Source: Parasitella parasitica NRRL 2501
Lineage: Eukaryota > Fungi > Mucoromycota
DNA length: 64,000 nucleotides
Direction of reading: 5' to 3'
Assembly: GCA_025201805.1 (NCBI GenBank)
Contig: MU619319.1
Location: 87,319-151,318, forward strand
Shown here: positions 37,247 through 51,481 of the stretch, piece by piece
Position numbering within the stretch: the first letter of the stretch is position 1
How the letters are laid out: every line of letters starts with the position of its first letter
Made by a program: the position numbers and the translations under genes
Notes under the pieces: generated by a model
What the model saw: the letters and a program-made list of their open reading frames with translations, nothing else
The model's database searches: none
What the model was told of the DNA's origin: nothing

Positions 37247-38865
37247 ATGAACAACGCTAGTCGAAACCGTAATCACCCTGATCACCAGCTTGAACAGCAA
37301 ATATTAAAAACCGATTTATGTCACTCTGTAATCAACGATATACAAGAACTTCTTGTAAATTACGCTGCTGATTTTGACTTGGATTTTTTACCGGCTCGCA
37401 GTGATTATGGAAGACCAAATGTTTCTTTGCTGGACACTATTTCAGAATTATACATTAAAATTAAACTAATGTTCAAAAAAACCAATATTGATTTTGACAA
37501 TCACTGGGTAAGTTATCAGATCATCTTGATCGTTGCCATGGAATCCAATTAAATATACTGTCATTTACTTTTTCAGAACTGGATAGTACCATGGAGGCAA
37601 GCAATTTGTTTTGAAAGTCTATCCGAACTTGCGAATGATGATGTGAAGACTTTAATTACATCTTTTCATCCGAAAAGTCATAGCGCTTTGGTTGCTATAT
37701 TTGATCATGGTATGGAAGGATATATGCGCTGGTATCCTTGGCGTTGGTTTTCGGATCTTGTCTTTTTAGGTGCCGGCGGCTTTTCTGCTGTTTATGGTGC
37801 TGATGTAATATTGCCCTATGATGCTCCCGAAAAGGGTAAACAATTTGGAACACAACGCAGGGCTGTCGCATTAAAAGTTGTGGATGATAAAATATTAAAT
37901 GAAGTAAGCTTAATTATAAAATTGCTTGGATGATTTATTAACCTCAAAATAGATTACTGTGCAATCAAAAGCATTAGTCGCTTTATTATTTCATGGCATG
38001 ACTGTATGTGAAAGTACAGGTGATTTGATGATGATTTTAACTTTGGCTCAGGAGGGTAATTTGAATCGACAAATCCAAAAGGCACATAAAACAAGCTTTG
38101 CAAAGATCGTGGATATTGTTACGCGGCTTGCCTTCAATCTTGCTAGCCTTCATGACGATATTAACATGTGTCATCGAAATATACATGCTGAAAACATCCT
38201 GTGCGTCGACGAAGATTACTTTTTGGTGGACTTTAGATTTTCTACATCAGCAGAAGAAGCTTCTGATGTTACGAAGCAATCCCAAGTTCATTATGGTATG
38301 CTGAATCAAATAGCATGAGGATATTTATTAAATCGTCTTAAATTGGAAAATAGGGCGTGTGCCATATATCGCACCAGAGGTGAAAAATGGTATATATACT
38401 GAAAAATCAGATGTCTACAGCCTTGGTATTATAATGTGGCAGTTAGTATCCGGTGTTATATTTCCGTCACCTGAAATCATTGCTACCAGTCCAGATTTAT
38501 ATAGGATTGAATGGGTGCCAGGTGTATCTAGATGGTATCAAGAAGTGACTATGGCGTGTTTAGAGCCATTTCCAGAGAATAGACCTACGGCTGAAGAAAT
38601 CGGTTTAATTGTTCGTAAAATTGCATCAAGTACAAGTATATTAGCAATTGCTGATGAAGGTTGGAGGGCCTATGTGAATAGTAGGCGCCAAAAGTGTAGT
38701 GCGCATATGCAGCATTTTGTATCGGAGGTTCCTTCGTCTGCCTCTCGTGTATATACCCTTAGTGAATTCTCGCAAACTAGCGAGCTTTTACTGAAAAATG
38801 TGCCATTTCATTATCGTTTATTTGATGCTGACAGTATCGCATTTAGCATTGAATCAAACAAATGA
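37247..38865 (+). CDS. Protein kinase-fold protein (TKL-like), probable pseudokinase (4 exons)
   Basis: GAGGFSAV, VALK, HRNIHAENIL, VDFRFS, YIAPE, SDVYSLG and RPTA. Confidence 0.88.
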
Positions 38866-39442
38866 TAATAAAGGTTATTGTTGTGAATAATTGTTTAATA
38901 CTTTGTGAATTTTGAAAAAAATATAGCTATTTGGATAACGGTCAAAGAAAAGCTCGCCATATATAGTTCAATGCTAAACTATTTGGAAGTAATATGTCCG
39001 GCTAGATTACCTACCATACAAATTGGTTTGATCTAGAAAATTATTCTATGTCTATCTGGTGCACAACACAAAAGCTTTTTTTATTGAATAGATTGGGTTA
39101 GATCAAAGGACAGGAAGGTCAAGGTCAGACGAGACTTGAGCCAATCTAGCAAAGCAAACTGCGAGTGCAAAGACTTTATCTCGACTAAAATTTTATTGTT
39201 TGCAAAGATAAAATCTCTGTTGTTCAAACAAACGAAGGGAGTTCTACGGTTCATTTATCATAGCATAAATTATGACCAAATGTCTGTTAAATATTATGAA
39301 AATAAAAATTAAACACATAGCCCAGCAATAATCAAATAATGCTTAGATAGCCCTGATCGTAGCTATATTATTAGCCAAACCTAAATTAAACCATACTTTG
39401 CTCTTAAACCAAGTCTGCTACCATCAACTTTTATCATAATAT

Positions 39443-39545
39443 TGGAATCAAAAAAGACAAAAATCAGAGGTTAATGAGATACGAAAACTATATAAAACTA
39501 GTACTTTATTTACGGCCGAAATTGCATCTGCTGTTTATATTCTAT
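39443..39545 (-). repeat. Dispersed repeat family, copy C (partial direct duplicate of part of copy B)
   Basis: TTAATGAGATACGAAAACT...TACTTTATTTA...CGAAATTGCATCTGCT at 39471-39532 recurs at 39911-39966. Confidence 0.85.
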
Positions 39546-39729
39546 ATGATGTGTCAATTTCCCAACCGGAAGTCAAACTCAAGTAAACTCAATCTTGAAC
39601 ACAATTCAGGAACATATCCCAATGTATTATGTTCCTTATTTATAACTCAACATGACATGTTCATGGACAACAGATACAATCTATCGTTCCATTCTCTAAA
39701 TCACACCATGTCTCACACTTGTATCTTAT

Positions 39730-39990
39730 CCTCCCATCAGTCCACTTAGATTCACTAGTATGTAAACCCTCATTTTTTCCATATAATAAACGAGATCTTT
39801 ACCTGATTAATTCACAAATGTTTTATTTGAATAATTTCTCATTCTGATAAATCAGACCATAAAAAATGTCGCATATATGTTGGATCAAAAAAGATAATAA
39901 AAACCAAATGTTAATGAGATACGAAAACTTTAAGATACTTTATTTAAGATCGAAATTGCATCTGCTATTTATACTTTTTACAGCTACATT
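39730..39990 (-). repeat. Dispersed repeat family, copy B (longest)
   Basis: Matches copies A and D as the reverse complement, and copy C directly. Confidence 0.85.
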
Positions 39991-40598
39991 GTTGTATCCA
40001 TATAAAGGCTGCATATGTCATATCTAACTTAGTCATAATGCACGGATCATGATATTAATTGTTGGTAATTCTTTTACAAATAAGGAATAAGCTACAAGTT
40101 GTAAATGGACCTCTTGCAAGGTTCCAGGCTCATTCAAAGAATACATCAAGATCAGGTCGCGGGATGTCGAGAAGACATCCTACCCACTTTTCTCTTTAAT
40201 GTAAAATAGAAAGATAGGTCTGTCCTGGAAATGCTGTGATTTAATAAGGTTTGGCACTTCTTGTCAAACATCAGATGTTATCTGGATAAACTCATTGATT
40301 GGGATATATTTTAGTATAAATGGAGATCATATCTTATGTCAATAAAAGCCTTCAGTTTTGTATCTGGTTTTATTCAGAAAAGTCTTATTACTTTATACAA
40401 ATCATATTTTACATAACATTACGCTGCGCCCTTTGACACTGGCACAACATTAGTGGTAATGTATTATTCTCTGTAAAATACATTACCTCTAAGATTTGAT
40501 CTGTATCCTAAACAGGTACCAAAAATAACGATTTTTTAAGCAGTAAAAAGCGTTGTAGATTGCAATTAGTTTACAATAAGTTAATAACGATATATTAG

Positions 40599-40658
<60 letters not shown>
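40599..40658 (+). repeat. Poly(A) run, 60 nt
   Basis: Direct observation. Confidence 0.95.
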
Positions 40659-40660
<2 letters not shown>

Positions 40661-40707
40661 GGTATGTAAATTTATTTTTTATGAATCTGATTCACCTTGA
40701 ACAGTTT

Positions 40708-42810
40708 TTAAATCTTTATAGGCTGTTGTGCAATTAAATGGGGTCTTTCATTCATAATTTTCATAATTGCCTGGCCAAACAATCCATTTGCCCAAGAAAA
40801 CCAAGAGCGGGTAAAGCCGCTGTTATGATCCCCACCTGCCCGATCGTATACATTGATTGATTCATGGATTAATGTTAGGTTATTCCCCATTATTGGAGCA
40901 GCAAGCGATACCCGCCATCTGTGGAATTCAAGATAATACCTAACGCTTCTTTGATTTCGTCATCATCTGCTGATGTAAGAATCTTTTTTTTTTTTGATGA
41001 AGAGGAATCAGTAAAGTTGGAGATGTGCTCGCATGTAAATACGCCTTACTCTTACAATCTGAGACATGGGCCATGCATATCCTAATCCAACCTACAATCA
41101 TACGGCGTAAATTAAAGATACCTTGAAATACTATGGAGCATGCTTACATGTGGCCCACCGATGCCAGAACCACGAGGTCCTGAGAAGTAGTAGGGATTAT
41201 CTTTTGATAATACCAATTTTCTTGTGTTCTGGTATATGGTGTCGTTTTGATCTAAAAATCCAATCCAACTAAGCGATAATAACGATGGAACGTTGGCATC
41301 ATCCATGACAAGCGAAGAACCGTAACCATCTACTTCGTCTATTAAGAAGGTCAGTTATTAGTATTTAATAAAGATGCATATCCAATGTGAGAAGCTGAAA
41401 CTAACAGGCAAATATCTTTCCTTTAGTAGGATGATCAATCACTCCATACTTGTAAATAGCTTTTTTGATCTCTGTTGATAAACGCAACGTTTCTGAAGCC
41501 AAGCCTTGTATTTTGGCTGACGTATTTAAAACAGATGATTTAGACAGGAGATGAGACAGATGACCTAATTCAACTGACAGCAAGGCATTTCCTGGAATAA
41601 AGAAAGGGAATACAGTGGCATCATCTGAAGGTCTAAACAAACTTTTGACCATCCCAGTGTGCTTCACAGGCTGACCACGACCATTCAAGAATTGTGTCTC
41701 TGTTGGTCTATCAGCTGTCTGAAAAAACAAATAGTTTGTGTCTAGAGCTTTTCCTATTATCAAAAGCACTCAGTGAAACTTGAGCTTTGTTTTGCGCGTC
41801 CTCCATGTTACCTGAGGTAATATTGAATGTAGGATCTTGTTGTTGTTTAATCGTGTTCAAAATATTTTCCACGGCATCAACCCAAATGGTGTTGTTGACG
41901 AATGAATCATCTCCGGTTTGGTTCCAATATTGAAAAGACAAGCTCATAAAAGAAGCTAAGGAGTCTATCTCCCATTTCTTCTCAAACACTTTAAATGCAA
42001 GAACCAAGGTGATCAGGGTCAATTGTTGTTAACTATATATGTAATATTTGTTTTTATGTATCATATATACCTCCATCAAGTAATTGTACCTCTCTTTTCT
42101 CAGAATGCTGCGAATATGAATATTTCGCTAAATTCTCCATATTGTTTGGCTCTTTGAAAGCATTTGCATATGGATCTGTATTGATGAATTGAGCTTGCAT
42201 GTAAATTGCACCTAAAAATAGCCTCTTTAGATTCAAGTCATTTTTAACATAATCAATATAGGGTAATAGTTGATTTGCTGAATCACGGAGCCACATTGCA
42301 TTTATATCACCAGTGATAACAAAAGACAACGGGTGACAATCATCGCTCAGAGCAATGCAAGCAGTATTTTGAATTGTTGTGTCCAATGTGTTTGGGTATG
42401 CATTAGTAAATAAGCGAGCTAAATCTAGATCTGCAATCTTATGTTATGTCATTTACTGTTAGTGATAACAATATCGTCTTGTATGAAAAGGTATTTACAA
42501 ACCTTTGATGTGATATTACTGATAACAGATTCGATCACTGTACTAGTGAATTTTCGACAAGCTTCAGCAGGTCTTTGAAAAGGAAGGTTCAGGACACCAC
42601 CACTGCCCGGCTCATGAAACACCGTAGAGTACCTTTGTCGATGTAAGGAAAATACTTAACAAGTAATCAAAAATTCTCTTACGATGAATAATCTGGACAG
42701 GAAGTAGAAGACATTTCAATAGTTCTCGCAATTAATACAAAATAAAGTATAGAGCAGATAAAGGAAAAAGAAAAAAAGGCACCAGAAAATACAATGGTGA
42801 CCCAATGCAT
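40708..42810 (-). CDS. Glycoside hydrolase family 125 exo-alpha-1,6-mannosidase (Mug157-like); frame anomaly near the C-terminus
   Basis: N-terminal hydrophobic anchor, [81 protein letters not shown] and [13 protein letters not shown]. Confidence 0.92.
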
Positions 42811-42962
42811 GTATTTATATGGTAGAAAAGTAAAAAAAAAAAGGGGAAAGTACAGTAGTAAAGATGAAGGAAAGGGTAGCGCATTATTTATGGAAGACAA
42901 AGGCTTCTTTTCTTTTCTTTGTTACGGTGATTTATTGTATGCTATAATAACAAATTACTTCA

Positions 42963-44306
42963 TTATACCGTTACTTTCCAGAACACAACTCTTTGTATAA
43001 TCTTGCGAATCATGTCTTGGATGATTGGCATGATGTATTCTATGATAGCATAGGCAACGGGTGACTTTCTCCTCCATAGAATATAAAAAATAATCAGTAA
43101 AATAGCCGAGTTTGCCATTAAATGTTTTATGAGCACTTTAGTAACGCCAAATGTACTCCATTTACGACTTTTGTCCCTATCTTCTCGTAATTTAATTCCT
43201 CTTCGAAGTCTGTCAATTTGTTCCGTTAATGCGGTAACTTCGGTTTGCAACTTTTCCAAAGCTCGATCTGATTTCTTTGATTTGATTTGCTTCTTTTTGC
43301 TGCTGCTGGCAGACGTCGATGTAGATGAAAGATGCGGCGATGAATGTTGTGGTTTACTGATCGATTTTTTCCTATTTGTGGCAGTTGAGATAGTATAAGG
43401 CGATTGCCTCGGTGAGGATAATATTAGATTAGATGTTGCTGCTGCTACTTCGCGATCAAGTGTATCCGCTTCAGATAAGATATCTTGTTGTTTTTGCAAA
43501 AAGTCCATAGGATGGACATATCTTTGCTTCTTTTGTTGTTGCAATTGGTTTAAAACCCATTGTCCAGTAACTGAATTCTGACCTGGAGATGTTATTGGTG
43601 TTATAGGATATTCGTTTGTTGATACAATATCAGAGAAGCTATTATGTCGACTATTATGATAATGGTTGCTATGATGAGGAGTCGACCTGAATGGGGATGA
43701 TGCTGTGGCTGACGCAGGCGGTGAATTCACGATATCTTCTTGCATTAATTGATCTGCTTCAATATGATTCAAAAAGTTTTCTTGTAATTCAAACTCTGTA
43801 GGATCGTACGCATCTTGAAATAATTCTATGGATAAATTAAAATACTTGAAATTAGCGTACATTCACATCAAAACATACCTTCATCTTCATGTTCAGTATC
43901 GGAATGGCTATTATATTGTAAACTCTCTAATGCTTTTTTAAGAAATTCAGTTTGCTCATGGCGAGGGTATCTGTGCACAAGCTTGTATGTATTAGTATAA
44001 TCATATGAAAATCTATCAATAAATGCATACTTCTGTTAATAACTGTATCAGTGATTCGACATACAGCTTTTGTGCTTTGATGGGACTCATTCCTTTCATA
44101 CGGCTCCATGCCTTCCATTTTGCGTAATCAACTACTTGTCTAGATGATGGTCTGGGTGTATTAACATCCCCCTCAGTTGCTTGTTTATATAACCCGTAAA
44201 AGTGAAGCTTTTCTGATGCAATTGGCTGTAATGTACTATTTTGTGGTATAGCACGAATAATAGATAATGCTTGAGCAAATGACAATTGTGTCGTATAAGA
44301 CGGCAT
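42963..44306 (-). CDS. Acyl-CoA-binding domain protein with coiled coil and C-terminal TM (ACBD5/Atg37-like)
   Basis: KLHFYGLYKQATEGD...AKWKAW; ALEKLQTEVTALTEQIDRLR; hydrophobic ILLIIFYILW followed by RRK. Confidence 0.88.
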
Positions 44307-44554
44307 TTTGATTATTCAGTAAAGAAAAAAGAAAGAGAGAGAGAGAAAAAAAAAAGAAGAGAATTACATCTTAACCCAAACCCTAAATTCAGAGTGTGTG
44401 AGTGAAGCGATTTAGGGGAATTGATACAATTTTTGAAGTATTAAAGATGAGTAAGCTGCAAGACCAATGAGAAATAAATGTCACAAGACAAACAAACAGT
44501 TTCACACCAGTCTTTTGTGTACAATTATAATATGTCATTTTTATTTTGCTGATT

Positions 44555-46242
44555 CTACATATTAATTCGCGCTTTAGTCTTTTTTTTCTTTTGAGCAGGT
44601 TTAACCTCGGTATCGTCGTCGTTCTTGCTGTCATCTTCCTTTTTGGCTTGTTTGATTGTGCCAAGATTTACTTTGGGAGGTGAAGCGAAACCAAATGCTT
44701 TTGCAACTTTGGCTAAATCCAAATTATGTACATCGAAAATCTTTTTTAAACTAAACGAGGAATAGGCCTGAAGATATGACCTATAGCCATCCTTAGCTGA
44801 TTGATTAAGATAGTAGTTCTTGTCGATCAGCTTTTCCAACTGTCCTTGTACATTAGCAATCTTGTTTGATGGGAATTGATATTCATTCAAAGGTACTTTG
44901 GCATGTTTCAAGTATCTTAAAAATCCTAATTCGCTCGGCAATAAAAACAGCAAGGATTTGCCTTGGCCACCAGCACGAGCAGTACGACCTACGCGATGAA
45001 TATAATCTCGCGGGTCATCTGGTGGATCGAATTGTACAATCCAGTCTACAGCTGGAATATCCAAACCACGAGCGGCAACATCTGTACATAATAAAATACC
45101 CTTTTCTGCATTACAGTATTCAAAGAATGTGTTTGTGCGCTTTTGTTGCTTTTGCTTTCCCTATTCACCATTGTAAATACTATTGCCGCATCTCAAAAGA
45201 AACAATACTTACATGAAGTGCAAGTACCGGAACATCAATATAATTCAATAATTCAGCATGATATTTGACAGAGTTGCAGCTAGAAAAGAACACAATGACC
45301 TTTTTTTTGATGTTTTTTCTCAAAAACGTGAAAAGCAGTAGGAATCTCCTATCTGAATCACAGACAACGTAACCTTGCTCCAAACCATCTGCTGTTGAAG
45401 TATCTCTATTTTCGTGAACATTGATATAAAGTGGTCCCTTTTTGAGTGAAATACGAGCCAAATCAGCAACCTTGGTAGTTTGCGTAGCAGAAAATAGCAT
45501 AGTTTGTCTATCATTTGGCAAAATTTTCACAATCTGTCTCATTTCATCCTCAAAACCAATCTCCAAAATGCGATCTGCTTCGTCAACAATCAGAGCCTTC
45601 AAATTTTTATAAACAAACCCACGAGTATTCTACTCATTTCAGAGATTTAATGCACATATTTATCGCAAATCACTTTTACATTTTTACCTGTAAATGATCC
45701 AGTAGTCTACCTGGTGTTGCAACAATCAGATTGACACCTTTAATCAGTTTATCAGCCTCAGCCTTACGGTTTGCGCCACCAATAACGATACCAAACGTCA
45801 ATTGATGATATTTAAGCAATTCTTTAGCTACACCAAATATCTGCAAAGCCAGTTCTCTGGTAGGTGAAACGATAATAGCACCAGTACCATTTCTAGGCTT
45901 GAACTTGAGTCGATAAAGCATCTCGACGGCTGGAATCAAGAAAGCCAATGTTTTACCAGATCCAGTTTTGGCGGCACCAAGTACATCACGGCCAGCCATC
46001 AAAGGAGGAATAGTGCGAGCTTGGACTTCAGTCATTTTTTCGAATCCTAATTCATTAATGGCATTTTTTGTACGATCACAGCAATCTAAAGAACTGAAAT
46101 CATAGTTTACTGAAACAGTAGATTCCTGTTGCTGTTGACCCATCTCAAACTCTTCAGAGGTTAATGATGCTTCTTCTTGCCTTTGCTTTTTGGCAGATGC
46201 TGATCTGTCAGAAGCTAATTGTCTCTTTTTTGATTCACTCAT
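44555..46242 (-). CDS. HAS1: DEAD-box RNA helicase Has1/DDX18
   Basis: [54 protein letters not shown] and [12 protein letters not shown]. Confidence 0.96.
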
Positions 46243-47657
46243 TTTTTCGAGGTTTCCAAGTAAATGAAAGAAGGCTTGAAGATCTCATTAAAAAAAGAAA
46301 GAAGAAAGGGAAAAAAAAAAAAAAAAAAAAGTGACTATGAAGCCTTGTAAAAATCAATTATGGTAGATGTTGTATGAAGCGATATAGTAAACTTTGGCAA
46401 CTCAAAAATTAGAAAATACAAAAGAATGCAATCTATAACAGTAAAAATTTTCCAATAGTGTTGATTGCCATTTAGAATGACATATTTTTTTTTAATGCTA
46501 GCCACCTACAGCTCTCTAAATCTTACCTAACCACGGCTCCTGTACCTGACTAGGTTTTTCAAATTTTTGAGAGGGCTTCACAAGGTTGAATAACACTGTC
46601 TATTTAATGCACCTCTGCTTGGATGCTGCTAATGCGAGCTTGTACTTGTCCACACTTCAAACAGATATATGCTGGGCAAAACATTAACCTCTGCACACTA
46701 AAAATTTGTATAATAAATTCATCGCCCTAAAAGCACTATAAAATACAATATTGCTTGAGTATTATACCTTGTAATAACTAATATGCTTATATTGTACCCT
46801 TTTAGCCGATCCAAGTGCTCAGAACCACATTAAATAATATGTCTGAACTTTTAGTAGCTTTTCGATGTGTTTCCAGCAAAATAATAGATCACGACATTTA
46901 AGAAAAATGGAAGTCAGGAAATTCGGTATCTATAATCCCCTTTTTAAGAAATAATTGTGGAGAATATAGGCTTCTGGTCGAAAATGCATTTTCCTTTAGT
47001 CATGTATTACTCGAAGTTTTGGGTGAGATTTGTTCAATATAATATTGTATTAACTCACTTAGAGCAATAGTGTATGTTATCTCAGTATTTTAACTGATAT
47101 TAAAAAAATGATAGATGTTTACATGTTACATCATTATACTGATAACGACCAGAATTTAGTTGGAACATCTCGTAAAGAGAGCTGGTAGGACGAAAGATCA
47201 GAATAAATAGAGGCATGGTTGCCCCTAAAGATTGATACTGTATGATTCAGGGCTTTTAAAGTAGATCTCGTCATTAAAAATATTCGAAAAAGGTTGGTTT
47301 TATTTAATTTGAAAGTATTGCTAGCTGCTAATAATGTGAACTATACATAAAAAAACTACAATTTCTGATAGACAGAAAACAGGATTGTTTAGCTAGATCT
47401 TGAATGAAAATATTTCTAATGTCGACGTGTAGAGTGTTCCGATACCCGAAGTGAATTAGGAGGAAGCAATTTCAAATGATTGTCATTGCAGATCTTGTTA
47501 GTATAACAGGAACGCAATTAATATATCCAAGTTTTTGAGCGTTGGCTTTATTTCACAGATTGTTTTTTAATTCCTCAATAAATTCAAGATGCAAATAAAA
47601 CAAGGCTGCTCTGTGATTTTAAGGTATACAAACTTGGAAAAAAAAATCGAATTTAAT

Positions 47658-48881
47658 TTACAATGTTTGCTCTTTTGGTTTATGAGCAGAGATAAAAGAA
47701 TTAGGCTTCCTAACAACTGAAGCCCGAGGTCTTAAAGGGAACGATTTCTTGGGATTCTTCAAATCAAGAAGCAATATACCAGAAGGAGACATGCTCGTGT
47801 ACTCTTCTTTAACATTTTTTTGTTCCTTTTGTTGCTGTGTGGATCTTTGTAGTTTAGCTCTTAATGCTTCCATGACTTTATCGTGGTCCAACGGCAATTC
47901 TTCCTTGACAGCTTCAGCTTCATCTTTTCCACTATTATGACTAATAGTAGGTTGCTGGCGCCTATTCTTTTTTTGATTAGCTCGAACAGAAGGTTTTCGC
48001 GTAGATCGAGTACGAGACAGTGTTCTTTTACAAGAAGCTCTATCTCGGACTTGTAAACTCGGTGCAGGAGGTGGGGGAAGTGGAGGAGAAATCATTTGTG
48101 AATTATTAGAATATAGTGATTTAGCAGCTGCTAGATTTGTTGTTGAGTCTACGCTATCGTTAGTGTTATTAATATTTGAATTGAAATCTTCTTCTTGAGG
48201 AGGAGCAGGTGGAGGCGAAGGATCATCACTTAGACTCACTTTTTCAACTAGAATTGGAGGAGGGTTGTTTGGTTCTGGAGAAGATGGAGCTGATAAATGC
48301 AAATCTGCAAACGGCACTTCAAATAGAGTATAAGGCGATAGTGGTTGCAGTTGAGATGGAGAAGGTGGGGTATTGTTAACAAAAGTTGGTGACAAGAGAT
48401 CACTATTGTTTACTTGGGACAACCAATCATTAGCAGACAGACCTTGTGATGTACAAGGTGGTTAGGGCGAGGGTTAGGGTTTCAACATGAACTGTCTGCA
48501 GGTTTACCTAGAGTTGTGTTTGTATCATCTAATGTGGAAGAACGGCGGCTTTGATCAAGTTGTAAATCAATGAATTTTGATTGTAATCTTGCTTCTTCTG
48601 CCCTTCTGATTTCTTCAGCTGCTCTTCTCTGCGTTTTTGTACGTATTAATATTTAATTTTTTAATTTTTATACCACAATATTTGCTGTAACTTGCCTTAT
48701 CTTCTTCTGTTTTTGCTGCGAGTATATGTTTTAACAAATCCGTATCGTGTCTGTATGTATCCAATATTTCTCCCACACTTATGTCTGATAATGATAGCTT
48801 TTCCGCCCAATTAGAAATAGAATTGCAATCGCTAATACTATTCAAATCATTCAGGCCATTTATATTATTATTGGAGAACAT
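47658..48881 (-). CDS. Uncharacterised protein: short N-terminal helical motif plus long Pro/Ser-rich disordered region (3 exons, first intron GC-AG)
   Basis: DLLKHILAAKTEEDK|RRAAEEIRRAEEARLQ joined across AAG|GCAAGT...CAG (48695-48629); a second GT-AG intron leads into ORF 47658-48422. Confidence 0.8.
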
Positions 48882-49146
48882 AACCAAGCGAAGACGAAAT
48901 AGGGAGGAGTGCAAGTATAAAGGAGAAAAAGTTTATAAAAAGAAGAAAGAAAAGACAGAGAAAGAGAGAGAAATTTAAAAGAAATCAAAAAGCAGAAAAC
49001 AGGCAATTGTCATGAGGAACACCGATTGGCTTTCTTTACACATCCTGTACACATAGTTTATTCAATCAAGCCACTACGCGATTATTAAAGGAATCGTCGC
49101 AGCATTAAAAAATTTTTTGTTTCTTTTCAACCATTACAACATTATT
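48882..49146. promoter_or_regulatory. Short divergent promoter region (265 bp)
   Basis: Head-to-head ATGs at 48881 (-) and 49147 (+); CCAAT on the minus strand at about 49025. Confidence 0.5.
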
Positions 49147-51275
49147 ATGAGCCATCAAATTAGAGAACCATTGAGTCATATATCAGAGTTATTTGGTAAG
49201 GGAGTTGGATTCATAATCGCATTTATTCCACAGTCTAAAATAGAAAACTTTACGCAGATAATTATGTAAAAGACCCCTCAAAATCACCTGCGGCCTTTGA
49301 CCCTTCTTCGACGTTTTTACATGTATTAAAAAATAACAAAGACCAGGTGCGTGTTGTATTCTGTTTTACCATTGACTCGCTCACTTCTGATACCTCATAA
49401 ATATAGATTATTTCTATAAATGATACTCCTGTGCAACAAGTTCCTAAAAATACCCTGATTCGATTTCGTTGTATGATTCAAGACACAGGATTAGGGCAAG
49501 AAATGTTTGTTTCTGCTTATGAGAAACTAGATAAAAATGGTGATATGAAACTGCATTGCTACCGCTATACAGATGATGCTATTGAAACCGGATTCAATGA
49601 ACAACATGCCATGCAGATTGACTATATTGCTGAGCGCACCATTGTTTATTGTGTCTCACCACCAGGTGAAAATAAATGGGCCAAAGATGCTCACAATATG
49701 AATTTCGGTAAGGAGTACTATGGTATTTTTTTTTTTTTTTTTTTCTTTTTCTTTGCTGAAAACTAAAAACTAGGCTTATTGAGCGACCAAATCAACCAAC
49801 TCGAAATTAAAAAACCAAATCCAACTACAGTAAGCAAATTTCCCTTACCCGGACAAGATCATACTTCTGCGATTGTTAAATTCTACAACAATATGGCAGA
49901 GAACATCAAGGTTGGTCAGTTGATTGAAATCATTGGAATCAGAGGGCATGATTTGCAAAATGTTCAACAGCAAGATCAGCATGGATTTGATCCTGTCTTG
50001 GATTCGTTTTTAAATGTGCCCGTTATACATGCCATTGCATTCAATAATTTGGAAGCTGTTAATAGTTGTCCGCTTGTCAACTATGAGGAGGTTAGATATC
50101 AAGCTCACGATGTTCGCAGCCAGTTAATCGGGTACATATCATCAGCTGTTGGTGGAGATACTTTGGTCGCTGAATACATCTTACTCCAGTTGCTCTCTCG
50201 AATGTAAGTTTAAGCCTGCATTTGGTTTAACAAATTGTTTAACTGTTTACATATAAAAAATAGTACTGTTAAGAACGGAGGGCTGAAAATCGGAAACTTC
50301 ACACTGAATGTCAGTAGATTTCCTGCTCACAAAATTACAGAAGCAGAAAAAAAGACGCCGTTGCTTACACTAAACAACCCTTCATCTAAATTTTTGGCCA
50401 ACGTACTACAAAACTTGTCTATTCATCATGTCAATTTACCTTTGACAATTGACGGTCTTAACAAAACCAAATTTTCACCAAAAAGCATAGGCGAGAATTT
50501 GGAAGCTGGCGTATTGCAATTGATTGATGGCACAGTGCTTTTAGTGGATGAAACCGTTTTAGATGAAGGTCAATTAGTTGACCCGGGTGTTCGCAACTTT
50601 CGAGCTCTTCAAAATGTGATTCAAAATCAAACATTGACTTACGAGTTCCCTTATAGCCAATATGATTTTGATACTGATATTAGTGTACTATCTCTGTCTT
50701 CTTCAAGGTCTATGCTTCCTGTAAGTTCTTTTATTTATGTATTTGATCTATTTGTTTATTCACATGTTTAAAAATAGAACCACTGCACTATCTCTCTTGA
50801 ACCTATTCATTCACTCGAAGATAATAGCCCAGAAAATTTGGCTCAACCTTCCGAGGAAACATTGAATCTTTTCAGAAAATTTATCCATGCTGGAAAATAT
50901 GGATCTTATGATATCTCCAAAGACGTTTCTGAGGTTAGATACAAAGCATTTACAAATGCAGGGTGTATTAAACACGTCTTATATTTTTAGTACATTCAAA
51001 ACTCTTTTGTTGAAGAGCGTAAGCTAGCAACCGAGAATGAAATAGAGTTGCCTACTCAGGAAGACCTGATGTATCATATGAATTTGGCTAGGTAACTGAT
51101 TTAGTAAAACCAAATAATTCATTCTAATGCAAAATTATTTTCTAGATTGGCAGCAGCTTCATTTGGTGAATCCAGCCTTACTCAAGAAAGATACGATTAT
51201 GTTGTTAATTTGGACAAGAAACGCAAATTAAGGATCATCGATTCCCGTTTTGCTGCACCCCAAGCTAATAAATAA
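49147..51275 (+). CDS. MCMBP: Mini-chromosome maintenance complex-binding protein (Mcb1/MCMBP), multi-exon
   Basis: LIRFRCMIQD, YCVSPPGENKWA, GGDTLVAEYILLQL, LEAGVLQL..GTVLLVDETVLDEGQL...GVRN, YEFPY and RSMLP. Confidence 0.92.
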
Positions 51276-51478
51276 CTGGTCGCTACTCTCTGTTATTAAT
51301 ATAATATAAACTAATATTCGTATATTTCGTGTCAATAAATGGACCGCACTTAATTTATTTTTATTTTTTGGGTTCCTTGATTGATCTGCGATTGCAAGAT
51401 TATAAGAAGATCAGATAAAGTGGCGGGTGCAATTTAGATAAATATTGACAAAAATGATCTCAAATTATGAAAGACACG

Positions 51479-51481
<3 letters not shown>

